In this document: positions 26,339 to 35,550 of the stretch, piece by piece
Layout of the letters: each line of letters opens with the position of its first letter
How positions within the stretch are numbered: position 1 is the stretch's first letter
Source of the DNA: a virus
Taxonomy: Duplodnaviria; Caudoviricetes
Length of the DNA: 64,000 nucleotides
IMG/VR virus record: IMGVR_UViG_3300033072_000033
Location: 7,788 to 71,787 of that record
Direction: 5' to 3' (one strand)
The notes under the pieces: generated by a model
Databases searched by the model: none
Told to the model about the DNA's origin: nothing
What the model saw: the letters and a program-made list of their open reading frames with translations, nothing else
Translations under genes and position numbers: made by a program

Positions 26339-26988
26339 TGAAACTGATTACAGAAACAATTGAAAGTGTTCGTTATTTGACCGAGTGTAATGAGAGTGGT
26401 AATAAGTCGCTCTATATTGAAGGCCCTTTCCTTGTAGCTGAACAGGGTAATAAGAATCGCAGAATGTATAAGCTTGATACTCTGAAGCGAGAAGTTGAGC
26501 GTTATAACAATGAATTCGTAAAGACCAAACGAGCATTGGGTGAATTGGGTCATCCTGATTCCCCTTCAATTAATCTAGAACGTGTTTCTCATATTATCAC
26601 AGAACTTCGTCAAGATGGCAATATCTTTATTGGTAAGGCTAAGATTCTCGACACCCCATACGGCAACATCGTAAAGAACTTCATTGATAACGGTGTAAGT
26701 CTCGGCGTTTCATCGCGTGGTATGGGTTCATTGGCTCCTGGTGAGAATGGGCTAAATATTGTTCAGGATGATTTCCGTTTGGCTACCGCAGCAGATATCG
26801 TTGCCGATCCATCTGCACCTGGCGCGTTTGTAAATGGAATTATGGAAGGTAAAGAGTATCTATTCGTAGAGGGTCGATATATTGAAATGGATATCGACAA
26901 CGCAAAACGTCAAATCAGAAAAGCATCTTCTGCTCAATTAGAAGCAGTTGCAGCAAGACTCTTTGAGAATTTCATTTCGAAACTTTAA
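26338..26988 (+). CDS. gp21: Prohead protease gp21
   Basis: MKLITE, ALGELGHP, TPYG.IV, GVSSRGMGS, DIVADPSAPGAFV. Confidence 0.96.
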   Translation: MKLITETIESVRYLTECNESGNKSLYIEGPFLVAEQGNKNRRMYKLDTLKREVERYNNEFVKTKRALGELGHPDSPSINLERVSHIITELRQDGNIFIGKAKILDTPYGNIVKNFIDNGVSLGVSSRGMGSLAPGENGLNIVQDDFRLATAADIVADPSAPGAFVNGIMEGKEYLFVEGRYIEMDIDNAKRQIRKASSAQLEAVAARLFENFISKL

Positions 26989-26992
26989 ATAA

Positions 26993-27000
26993 TATAAATA
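26993..27000 (+). promoter_or_regulatory. Late promoter TATAAATA upstream of gp22
   Basis: Exact consensus, intergenic, followed by AAGGAG. Confidence 0.85.
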
Positions 27001-27025
27001 TAGTAATCAATAAAGGAGATTCCTA

Positions 27026-28027
27026 ATGGCAACAAATAAACTTTTTGAGGCTGCTGCTGAGATCCTTGCCGGTACTAAGGGCAAGAACGCCGAACCAATG
27101 CCAAAGGCTGATGGTACGGTAGTTGATCTGGGTGGTCCAACCCCTCAAGATTCAAAACCAGATGACAACTCGAACAAGATTGACGCTACCAAGGCTGCTA
27201 AGAGCGCAACTGCTCCTACGACCAAGCCATCGGCTGCTTCGGGTAAAGTTGTCGATAGTCTGAAGAAAGAAGAAGCTGAAGTGTCGAGTGAAGTTTTCGT
27301 TGAAGACATCGATTCTATTTTCGCTGATGATTCGACTATCTCAGAAGAATTCAAATCAAAGGTTTCTACGATTTTTGAAGCTCGTGTCCAAGATCGTATC
27401 GCTCAAATCCAAGAAGAAACCGAATCGCGTTATGCAACTCTGTTCGAAGAAGCCGTCGAATCTGTTAAGTCTGATCTGTCGGAAAAGGTTAACGATTATC
27501 TGTCATACGTTGTTGAACAATGGATCGCAGAAAATGAAATCGCTATCGAATCGGGTCTGCGTTCGGAACTAACAGAAGATTTCATTTCGGGTCTGCGTAA
27601 CCTGTTTGCTGAGCACTATATCGACGTTCCTTCGGAAAAGGTCGATCTGGTTGGCGAACTGGCAGAAAAAGTTGAAAAGCTTGAATCGGATCTGAATGAA
27701 GAAATCGAACGTAGCATTGATCTGAGCAAAGCTCTGGTCGAATCCTACAAAGTAGAAATTGCTCGTGAAGTAAGCGAAGGTCTGACAGCTACCCAAGTAG
27801 AAAAAATCAAATCACTCGCAGAGAGTGTTGAGTTCTCTACAGCAGAGAATTACAAGGAAAAGCTGGAAACCATTCGCGAAAATTACTTCCCAACCGGCGT
27901 CAAGAAGGTTGATCAAGAATCACTACACGAACAAGTTGAAGATGGAAGTGAGAAGAAGCAAACGTCTGCCGATCCTTACATTGCATCTGTAATGCAAGCC
28001 ATCACCAAAACTAACAAATCAATTTAA
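27026..28027 (+). CDS. gp22: Prohead scaffold gp22
   Basis: Acidic coiled-coil, EFKSKVSTIFEA, EHYIDVP.EK; synteny. Confidence 0.9.
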   Translation: MATNKLFEAAAEILAGTKGKNAEPMPKADGTVVDLGGPTPQDSKPDDNSNKIDATKAAKSATAPTTKPSAASGKVVDSLKKEEAEVSSEVFVEDIDSIFADDSTISEEFKSKVSTIFEARVQDRIAQIQEETESRYATLFEEAVESVKSDLSEKVNDYLSYVVEQWIAENEIAIESGLRSELTEDFISGLRNLFAEHYIDVPSEKVDLVGELAEKVEKLESDLNEEIERSIDLSKALVESYKVEIAREVSEGLTATQVEKIKSLAESVEFSTAENYKEKLETIRENYFPTGVKKVDQESLHEQVEDGSEKKQTSADPYIASVMQAITKTNKSI

Positions 28028-28048
28028 TCAAAACTCTAAGGAGATAAT

Positions 28049-29380
28049 ATGTATCTTTCAGAAGAACTTCAACAAGCGTGGCAACCGGTTCTGGAACACC
28101 CAGAACTGCCAGCCATTAAAGATCCATACCGCAAGGCTGTTACCGCCCTGGTACTGGAAAACCAAAAACAAGCTATGCTCAAAGAAGCTGGTATCATCAG
28201 CGAAGCATCGCCAACTAACTCGGCTGGTACGGGCGGTTTCTCGTCGGGCGCTACTGCAACGGGTCCTGTTGCCGGTTTCGATCCGATCCTGATTTCGCTG
28301 GTTCGCCGTTCGCTGCCTAACCTGATCGCTTATGACGTTGCTGGCGTTCAGCCAATGACTGGTCCTACCGGTCTGATTTTCGCAATGCGTTCGACTTACG
28401 GTACTTCACGTACTGCTGCTGACGAAGCATTCTATAATGAAGCCAACACGGTTCATTCGGGTAATACCCAAACTTCAGCCGCCCAATCGGGTATTGGTCT
28501 GAATGCAAATACCGAAGCTTCGGGCGCTGTGTTCGCTGCTCTGGGTACTGCAAATGGTATGTCTACTTCGGTTGCTGAAGGTCTGACTCCACAAGAAATG
28601 GGCTTCTCAATTGAGAAGGTTTCGGTTACTGCCGCTACTCGCGCTCTGAAGGCTGAGTACTCGATGGAACTGGCTCAGGATCTTAAGGCTGTTCATGGTC
28701 TGGATGCTGAAACTGAACTGGCTAATATCCTGTCGGCTGAAATTCTTGCCGAAATCAACCGCGAAGTTCTGCGTACGATCTACGCAACTGCCAAGGTTGG
28801 TGCCCAAGTTGGTACGACTACCAAGGGTACGTTCGATCTGGACACCGATTCGAATGGTCGTTGGATGGTTGAAAAGATTAAGGGTCTGGCTTTCCAAATC
28901 GAACGCGAAGCTAACCAAATCGCCAAGCTGACTCGTCGTGGTAAGGGTAACATCGCAATCGTTTCTTCGGACGTTGCTTCGGCCCTGGCTATGGCTGGTC
29001 TTCTGGACTATCAATCAGCTCTGCAATCGCAAGTTAATCTGACGGTTGACGATACTGGTAACACGTTTGCTGGTACGCTGTTTGGTCGCATCAAGGTTTA
29101 CATCGATCCATACTTCCCAACTGGCTCTACTTCAGAGTTCGCTGTAGTTGGTTATAAGGGTTCGAATGCTTATGACGCAGGTTTGTTCTACTGCCCATAC
29201 GTTCCGCTGCAAATGGTTCGCGCAGTTGATACCAATACGTTCCAGCCGAAAATAGGGTTCAAGACGAGATACGGAATTGTTGCTAATCCGTTTGCTCAAG
29301 GCTTGACGCAAGGTTCGGGTGCTCTGACTGCTGTTTCGAACGTGTACTACCGTGCACTGAAAATCGCAAATATTATGTAA
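28049..29380 (+). CDS. gp23: Major capsid protein gp23
   Basis: LVRRS.PNLIAYD.AGVQPMTGPTGLIFAMR, LKAEYS.ELAQDLKAVHGLDAE, FYCPYVPL, IGFKTRYG. Confidence 0.97.
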   Translation: MYLSEELQQAWQPVLEHPELPAIKDPYRKAVTALVLENQKQAMLKEAGIISEASPTNSAGTGGFSSGATATGPVAGFDPILISLVRRSLPNLIAYDVAGVQPMTGPTGLIFAMRSTYGTSRTAADEAFYNEANTVHSGNTQTSAAQSGIGLNANTEASGAVFAALGTANGMSTSVAEGLTPQEMGFSIEKVSVTAATRALKAEYSMELAQDLKAVHGLDAETELANILSAEILAEINREVLRTIYATAKVGAQVGTTTKGTFDLDTDSNGRWMVEKIKGLAFQIEREANQIAKLTRRGKGNIAIVSSDVASALAMAGLLDYQSALQSQVNLTVDDTGNTFAGTLFGRIKVYIDPYFPTGSTSEFAVVGYKGSNAYDAGLFYCPYVPLQMVRAVDTNTFQPKIGFKTRYGIVANPFAQGLTQGSGALTAVSNVYYRALKIANIM

Positions 29381-29429
29381 GCGATTGATTTCTAATATAA
29401 AAATAATTATAAAAGAAATCTAAAACTCA

Positions 29430-29457
29430 AAGAGGGAACTTCGGTTCCCTCTTTTTT
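29430..29457 (+). terminator. Intrinsic terminator with cUUCGg loop after gp23
   Basis: aagagggaac-ttcg-gttccctctt plus T tract. Confidence 0.92.
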
Positions 29458-29458
29458 A

Positions 29459-29487
29459 TTGCTTTTTATTCTATGATAGTGTATAAT
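29459..29487 (+). promoter_or_regulatory. Sigma70-like promoter TTGCTT-17-TATAAT
   Basis: Immediately after the gp23 terminator, upstream of the 29510 ORF. Confidence 0.7.
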
Positions 29488-29509
29488 ACCTTTCAAAGGA
29501 AAATATATT

Positions 29510-30853
29510 ATGAATCAAATCCCGAAGTGCCCCTGTGGAAAAGACTGCCACTTAGATAAATCCGATAATCGATTGGGTTATACTAAGTATTGCTCTGACG
29601 CATGTTCAAAGAAATATAGATCACAAGATAAGTCATATAACAAAATCATGTCAGATTATGATTGGTTGTATGAACAGCGATTTGTATTGAAGAAGAGTAA
29701 AGAAAAATTGGCAGACGAACTCGGATGCTCCACTACTGTTGTTAATAAATGGCTGAAACATCACAACATGCCAAACGTTCGGTATAATGAATCAAACACC
29801 GATGTACTTTTGTGTTTGCGTGATTTTGACTGGCTGAATAACAAATATAAAGTTGAACGCCTGACTTGTGAACAGATTGCAGATGAACTCGGAACCACCA
29901 AGTCAACTGTATCGATCTGGCTGAATAAACATGATATCACAGCAAACCCATCCAACTCATATGAACGTAAAGTGAGTTTCGTGTCAAAGGAAGAAGTTGA
30001 GGTATTGGATTTCATTAAGTCGATCTATACAGGTGAGATTCAGACCAGCGTTAGAACCATATGCCCTACTGGATTGGAGATTGACATTTACATCCCCGAT
30101 ATGAATCTTGCTATTGAATATAATGGCGTCTATTCACATCAATATCGTCCTAACGAAAAGACATTCTCTGCTATCAAAGGACCTAAGTATCATCTTCAAA
30201 AAACCTTGGATTGTGAGGCGAAGGGTATAAAACTGATCCACATCTTTTCATCGTCTTGGAATGAGCGTAAGGATGTGTGGAAGAACTACATCAAGAATCA
30301 ACTGAACCTAAATGAACATCGGATCTATGCTCGTTCATGTGAGATTGTGGAGATTGATACTCATGATAAAAATGTGTTCCTAGAAGAGAACCACATCCAA
30401 GGTCAAGATAAATCCAAGTTTAAGTATGGACTCTATCATGAAGGTGTTCTGGTTTCTGTTATGACATTCTCTAGTGCGAGATTTACTAAGTCCTGTGATT
30501 GGGAGTTGTCTCGATTCGCCGTTAAAGGAAATTATACAGTGATCGGGGCATTCTCAAAGTTGTTAGCGCATATGAAGAAGACTAATCCGGGTAGTATCAT
30601 TTCTTATGCGGATCGTTCATATTCAAATGGTAAAGTCTATGAGAAGAATGGTTTTGAGTTAATTAAGACCAATCGACCAAGTTATTACTATATTCATAAG
30701 AACTCTAGCGTCTTGATCAATCGTATGAATTTGACTAAGAAGAATCTACTCAAGAAGCTGAATAAACCTCATTTGACTGAAGAGGAATTAGCCTTTGAGC
30801 TTGGTTATGCTAAAATATTTGACTGCGGGACGTTGGCGTATATGTATAAATAA
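29510..30853 (+). mobile_element. Putative homing endonuclease (Cys-cluster + HTH repeats + PD-(D/E)xK-like core; Hef-like)
   Basis: CPCG..C..YCS..C N-terminus, two I/LADELG.S/T HTH repeats, EIDIYIP..NLAIEYNGVY.H core; inserted between gp23 and gp3. Confidence 0.7.
30845..30852 (+). promoter_or_regulatory. Late promoter consensus TATAAATA before gp3
   Basis: Exact consensus overlapping the upstream stop. Confidence 0.7.
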
Positions 30854-30858
30854 GGATT

Positions 30859-31401
30859 ATGACCGCTATTACAAGAAACCCAGTTAATCCAAACTTTCTA
30901 CACCCCAATAAGTACACCCTGACTTTTGGTAGAGCGCCTAGTGTGCAATACTTCTGTCAGGGTGTTTCTGTTCCTGGAATCTCACTAGGTGAAGTTCCAA
31001 GAAACACGCCATTCATCGATCTATATTCTCCTGGTGAAAAGGCAATCTACGACATCATGAACATTACGTTTATTATTGATGAAGAGTTGTCTGCTTGGAA
31101 AGAAATTCATGACTGGATTAGAGGTATGACATTCCCAGTCAACTTTGATGAGTATAAAAATCTGGGCGCTCAAGCCAAGAATAAACAGGCTGCTATCAGA
31201 CCCGAATTCCCACAATTTTCTGATGCGACTTTAACCCTACACTCGTCGTCATATACACCCCTATATAGATTTAAGTTCTATGATTGCTTCCCGACGACAC
31301 TCTCAAACTTCGTGATGAATTCGGCGGATAGTCCAGAAAATCCGATGACTGCTGATGCCACGATAAGATTCTCATACTACGATATCGAAAAACTATTTTA
31401 A
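30859..31401 (+). CDS. gp3: Tail tube terminator/completion protein gp3
   Basis: NFL.PNKY, YFCQ.VSVPGI.LG, IDEEL..W.EIHDW, FYDCFPT.L; synteny. Confidence 0.88.
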   Translation: MTAITRNPVNPNFLHPNKYTLTFGRAPSVQYFCQGVSVPGISLGEVPRNTPFIDLYSPGEKAIYDIMNITFIIDEELSAWKEIHDWIRGMTFPVNFDEYKNLGAQAKNKQAAIRPEFPQFSDATLTLHSSSYTPLYRFKFYDCFPTTLSNFVMNSADSPENPMTADATIRFSYYDIEKLF

Positions 31402-31416
31402 CTAACCTTTTATATT

Positions 31417-31851
31417 ATGAACAAACTTGACGAACTACTGGAAATGTGGCGAAAAGATTCTATTGTAGATAGGACTGAGCCTGGTAAAGAACTACTGAAC
31501 ATTCCACTATTACACAGCAAATATCTAACCATCCTCTCCCATCATCGGTTGGCTATTAAGGATGCCCAGTTTAAATACAATCGAATGAAGAAGTTGAAGT
31601 GGGAATATTATACAGGAAAGATGGACGACTCTGTACTAAAGCACTATGGTTGGGAGCCTTTTCCGTATATCTTAAAATCTGATATTAGCACTTACCTAGA
31701 TAGTGATGAAGACTTAAATAAATTCCTAGCCAATAAAGCAATGCATGAAGAAATCGTTGAGGTTTGTAGTGCGATCATGAAAGAGTTGCATTCTAGGACG
31801 TTCCAGTTAAAGGAGTTAATAAATTGGGAACGGTTCATACAAGGTGTTTAA
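31417..31851 (+). CDS. uvsY: Recombination mediator UvsY
   Basis: IP.LHSKYL, KWEYY.GK, YLDSDEDL, SR.FQ.K..I.W..F. Confidence 0.9.
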   Translation: MNKLDELLEMWRKDSIVDRTEPGKELLNIPLLHSKYLTILSHHRLAIKDAQFKYNRMKKLKWEYYTGKMDDSVLKHYGWEPFPYILKSDISTYLDSDEDLNKFLANKAMHEEIVEVCSAIMKELHSRTFQLKELINWERFIQGV

Positions 31852-33324
31852 TTGCACGATATCACAGTAACCAAAATCGATGAAGCATATGTTAGAGTAG
31901 ATGCTGACAGAGGGATCCTTATGGAGATCTCTGATCACTTTACGTTCTTTGCGCATAACTATCAATTCCACCCAAAGTATAAGAATAAGCAATGGGATGG
32001 GCGTCTGAGATTGCTCGATGTAAGAACCAATAAAATATATCATGGCCTAGTCCCATACATCGAGAAATTCTGTGAAGAGCGCAAGTATTCAGTATACATC
32101 GAACCAAGAATAAAGCTTACTGAAAACTTCTCTGTGAATGAAGCTGAAGAGTTTATTAAGACACTAAACCTTCCTGCTGAATTAGAACTACGTGATTATC
32201 AAGTAAAGGCTTTTGTTCATGCTATCAGAGACAAAAGAATGTTGATAATCTCTCCAACAGCATCTGGTAAGTCACTGATTCAATACTTCATCGTCCGTAA
32301 GATGCAGGATATGGATTTCAAGCGTGGGTTATTGATCGTCCCTAATATCTCATTATGCCATCAGATGTTCGGCGACTTCGAATCGTATGGTTATGATGCT
32401 GAAACTAATTGTCACATCATACACCAAGGAAAAGAAAAACAGTCTGGCAAATTCTTATACATCTCAACATGGCAAAGTTTGTTCACGATGCCTAAAGAGT
32501 ATTTTGAGCAATTTGATTTTGTGATTAATGACGAAGTACACCAAGCCAAAGCAAAATCCCTAACATCGATATTGACGAATCTTACTGAAACAAAATATCG
32601 AATCGGATGTACAGGTTCATTAGATGGTTCAGAAGTTAATAAATTAGTTCTTGAAGGTTTGTTCGGACCAGCTTATTCAACAACAACTACTAAAGAATTG
32701 ATTGATAGCAACCATCTATCAGCATTCAAGATTAAGTGTCTAATCCTAAAACATCCCGAAAGCGTCTGTAAAGCCATGAAGGGTATGGACTATCAGAAAG
32801 AGATGGACTATATAGTTAAGAATGACAGAAGAAATGCGTTCTTAAAGAATCTAGTTTTATCTCTGAAAGGCAACACCCTAGTTCTTTTCCAGTACGTAGA
32901 GAAGCATGGAAAAGAGTTACATAGAATCATTGAAGCAGAAAAGAAGAATCGAAAAGTCTTCTTTATATTTGGTGGTACTGATGTTGAAATTCGGGAGTCA
33001 ACTAGAGAAATTGTTGAACGAGAAAAAGATGCAATCATTATCGCTTCGTATGGAGTATTCAGTACAGGTGTCTCAATACGCAACCTACATAATATCATAG
33101 CAGCATCATCTTCAAAGTCTCGCGTAAGAACCCTTCAGTCAATTGGTCGAGTTCTGCGTAGAGGGAATGATAAAGATGCAGCAACTTTATATGATATTGC
33201 TGATGACTTTAGAACTGGGAAGTATGTAAATTTCACTCTAAAGCACTTCATCGAGAGAGTAAAACTTTATGATGAACAGAAATTCGAATACAAATTTTAT
33301 AATATAGAGCTTAATGATGGATAA
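31852..33324 (+). CDS. uvsW: SF2 helicase UvsW
   Basis: LRDYQ, SPTASGKS, DEVH, GCTGSL, QSIGRVLR. Confidence 0.95.
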   Translation: MHDITVTKIDEAYVRVDADRGILMEISDHFTFFAHNYQFHPKYKNKQWDGRLRLLDVRTNKIYHGLVPYIEKFCEERKYSVYIEPRIKLTENFSVNEAEEFIKTLNLPAELELRDYQVKAFVHAIRDKRMLIISPTASGKSLIQYFIVRKMQDMDFKRGLLIVPNISLCHQMFGDFESYGYDAETNCHIIHQGKEKQSGKFLYISTWQSLFTMPKEYFEQFDFVINDEVHQAKAKSLTSILTNLTETKYRIGCTGSLDGSEVNKLVLEGLFGPAYSTTTTKELIDSNHLSAFKIKCLILKHPESVCKAMKGMDYQKEMDYIVKNDRRNAFLKNLVLSLKGNTLVLFQYVEKHGKELHRIIEAEKKNRKVFFIFGGTDVEIRESTREIVEREKDAIIIASYGVFSTGVSIRNLHNIIAASSSKSRVRTLQSIGRVLRRGNDKDAATLYDIADDFRTGKYVNFTLKHFIERVKLYDEQKFEYKFYNIELNDG

Positions 33325-33721
33325 TGTGAAAATTTTTAGAATGCAAAATGGTGAAGATATCATTGCGTTCTTTGAGTATGATGAGGACTTTGTTCTAATG
33401 GGTAGTCCTATGGCAGTCTTCTTTAAGAGGGCTGCTGGTAAATCTATTATGATGATGAGTCCCTGGATTCCTGTAGAGATCGTTGAAGATGACATCATAA
33501 GTATACATGTCAGTCAGATCCTAACAGTGATGACTCCAAAGGAACACATGATTGACTATTATAAATCTATCGTCTTTGATCTAGAACCTGACGAAGATGA
33601 ATCACTTCGTGATGCTGCGCCTACTGATGAAGATTTAGATTCAATAGAAGATGAAAAACTAGAAGACTTCTTTGAATCAGTAGATCAAGATAAAGTAACT
33701 AAGAAACCAACAATTCACTAA
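33314..33721 (+). CDS. Hypothetical protein (Sm-like N-terminus) upstream of gp55
   Basis: KIFRMQNGEDII start, acidic tail, conserved position. Confidence 0.65.
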   Translation: MMDNVKIFRMQNGEDIIAFFEYDEDFVLMGSPMAVFFKRAAGKSIMMMSPWIPVEIVEDDIISIHVSQILTVMTPKEHMIDYYKSIVFDLEPDEDESLRDAAPTDEDLDSIEDEKLEDFFESVDQDKVTKKPTIH

Positions 33722-33851
33722 GTACTAATCAGTAATTACTTATTTACTTAATCATCCTTAACACCGCAATTCTACACTTGTCAAGTACTTTGTGGGGCAA
33801 ACATGAGCATAATTTTGAAAATAAGTGTACGGCAATAATGATCTAGCACAA

Positions 33852-33880
33852 TTGACTTTTGGTGTCAATACCTGTATAAT
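33852..33880 (+). promoter_or_regulatory. Sigma70-like promoter TTGACT-17-TATAAT for gp55
   Basis: Near-consensus boxes with 17 nt spacer. Confidence 0.85.
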
Positions 33881-33902
33881 GCTTTAATTAGAGGATTTCA
33901 TT

Positions 33903-34481
33903 ATGACAACAACACCCCCAAAGAAGAAACGCAATTATATCAATAATCCAGATTTTCTTCAAGCACTTATTGATTATAAAGCAGCATGTATTGAAGCCAA
34001 GAAGAACGATAAACCAGAACCAATCGTACCTAATTATATCGGGGATTGTTTCATTAAGATCGCTACTAATCTGTCACGAAAACCAAACTTCGCATCATAT
34101 TCATTTAGAGATGAGATGATTGCAGATGGTATTGAAAACAGTATTATGTACTTTCGGAACTTCAATCCAGACAAATACAATAACCCATTCGCATACTTCA
34201 CTCAGATCATCTATTACGCATTCCTTCGTAGAATCGCTAGAGAGAAGAAGCAGTTGTATGTTAAGTACAAGGCCACTGAGCAATTCGGTATTCTTGATGA
34301 GGGTGAGATGTATGAAGATGAAAATGGTAATATGAAACAATTTGAAATGTATGACAATATCTCTGAATTCATCTATACATTTGAAGAGACAAAAAAAGCG
34401 AAGAAGAAGTTGAAATCTAAGGGTCTTGAAAAGTTCGTAGAACCAGATCCAGAAATTACAGAAGAACCTGAAGGAGAATGA
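33903..34481 (+). CDS. gp55: Late-transcription sigma factor gp55
   Basis: NYINN..FL.AL, YIG.CF.KIA..L..KPNF..Y.FR.EMI.DG.EN, NPFAYFTQI.YYAFLRRI..EKKQ. Confidence 0.96.
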   Translation: MTTTPPKKKRNYINNPDFLQALIDYKAACIEAKKNDKPEPIVPNYIGDCFIKIATNLSRKPNFASYSFRDEMIADGIENSIMYFRNFNPDKYNNPFAYFTQIIYYAFLRRIAREKKQLYVKYKATEQFGILDEGEMYEDENGNMKQFEMYDNISEFIYTFEETKKAKKKLKSKGLEKFVEPDPEITEEPEGE

Positions 34482-34482
34482 T

Positions 34483-35550
34483 TTGAAGATTTGTGTACTA
34501 GGCGATACTCACTTTGGGATGCGTAATGATTCAATCGTATTCCATGAGTATTATCGTAAATTTTATAATGAAGTTTTTTTCCCGTATCTGAAGGAAAACA
34601 AAATCGATCAGGTGTTCCAGTTGGGGGATCTTTTTGACCGTAGAAAATTCATCAATTTCAATTCACTTCATTTATCGCGGAAATACTTCTTTGATAAGTT
34701 TAAAGAACATGGATTGACTCTAACAACGCTACTAGGCAATCATGACATTTTCTTTCGCAACACTTTAGAAGTTAATTCGTCACAGCAATTGTTGAGTGAC
34801 TATAAGGAAATCAATATTCATGATAAGCCAGTCACTGTAGATGTTGATGGAATTCCTATTGATATTATTCCTTGGATCTGTGATGACAACCTAGAGGATG
34901 TTACAACATTCATTAAGAAAAGCAAAACACAAATCTGTTTTGGTCACTTTGAGATTTCTGGTTTTGTTATGGATAGTGGTAATGTTTGCCATGAAGGTTT
35001 GAGTAAGAAAATCTTGAGTAGGTATGACGTGGTTCTGAGTGGGCATTTTCACCATAAATCAACCGATGGTCAGATCACCTATGTCGGCACTCCTGGAGAA
35101 ATGACTTGGGGAGACTGTGATGATCCTCGTGGCTTTCATGTCTTTGATACTGAAACGCGGGAGTTGACTTTTGTTCAGAATCCATATAAGATGTTCCATA
35201 AGATTTACTATGATGATCTAGAACAAGATCATGAATTCTGGAACATCTTTAACTATGATAATCTCAAGGATTCGTATGTTAAGATTGTTGTGATGAATAA
35301 GCAGAATCCATACTTATTTGATACTCTGATTGACAACCTCCATAAAGCTGAAGCCGCTGACATTTCTATTGTTGAGGATTTTACGGATATCACAGAGGGG
35401 GTTGATGATATTATTGATCAAGCTGATGATACGATGACAACTCTGAATAAATTTATTGATGACCTATCTTTGAATGTGGAAGCTGACAAATTGAAAACTG
35501 TGATGCGTGAACTGTATATTGAATCTTTGAACGTTGGAGCTACCGAGTGA
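34483..35550 (+). CDS. gp47: Recombination nuclease gp47 (Mre11/SbcD-like)
   Basis: GDTHFG, LGDLFD, GNHD, SGHFH. Confidence 0.95.
   Translation: MKICVLGDTHFGMRNDSIVFHEYYRKFYNEVFFPYLKENKIDQVFQLGDLFDRRKFINFNSLHLSRKYFFDKFKEHGLTLTTLLGNHDIFFRNTLEVNSSQQLLSDYKEINIHDKPVTVDVDGIPIDIIPWICDDNLEDVTTFIKKSKTQICFGHFEISGFVMDSGNVCHEGLSKKILSRYDVVLSGHFHHKSTDGQITYVGTPGEMTWGDCDDPRGFHVFDTETRELTFVQNPYKMFHKIYYDDLEQDHEFWNIFNYDNLKDSYVKIVVMNKQNPYLFDTLIDNLHKAEAADISIVEDFTDITEGVDDIIDQADDTMTTLNKFIDDLSLNVEADKLKTVMRELYIESLNVGATE

Noticed and set aside
29456-29487. MotA-box middle promoter
   Set aside because: 17 nt spacing to TATAAT fits a sigma70 -35, not MotA geometry
33769-33784. Minus-strand promoter (TTGACA at 33784-33779)
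   Set aside because: No -10 hexamer at 16-18 nt spacing and no minus-strand gene to drive
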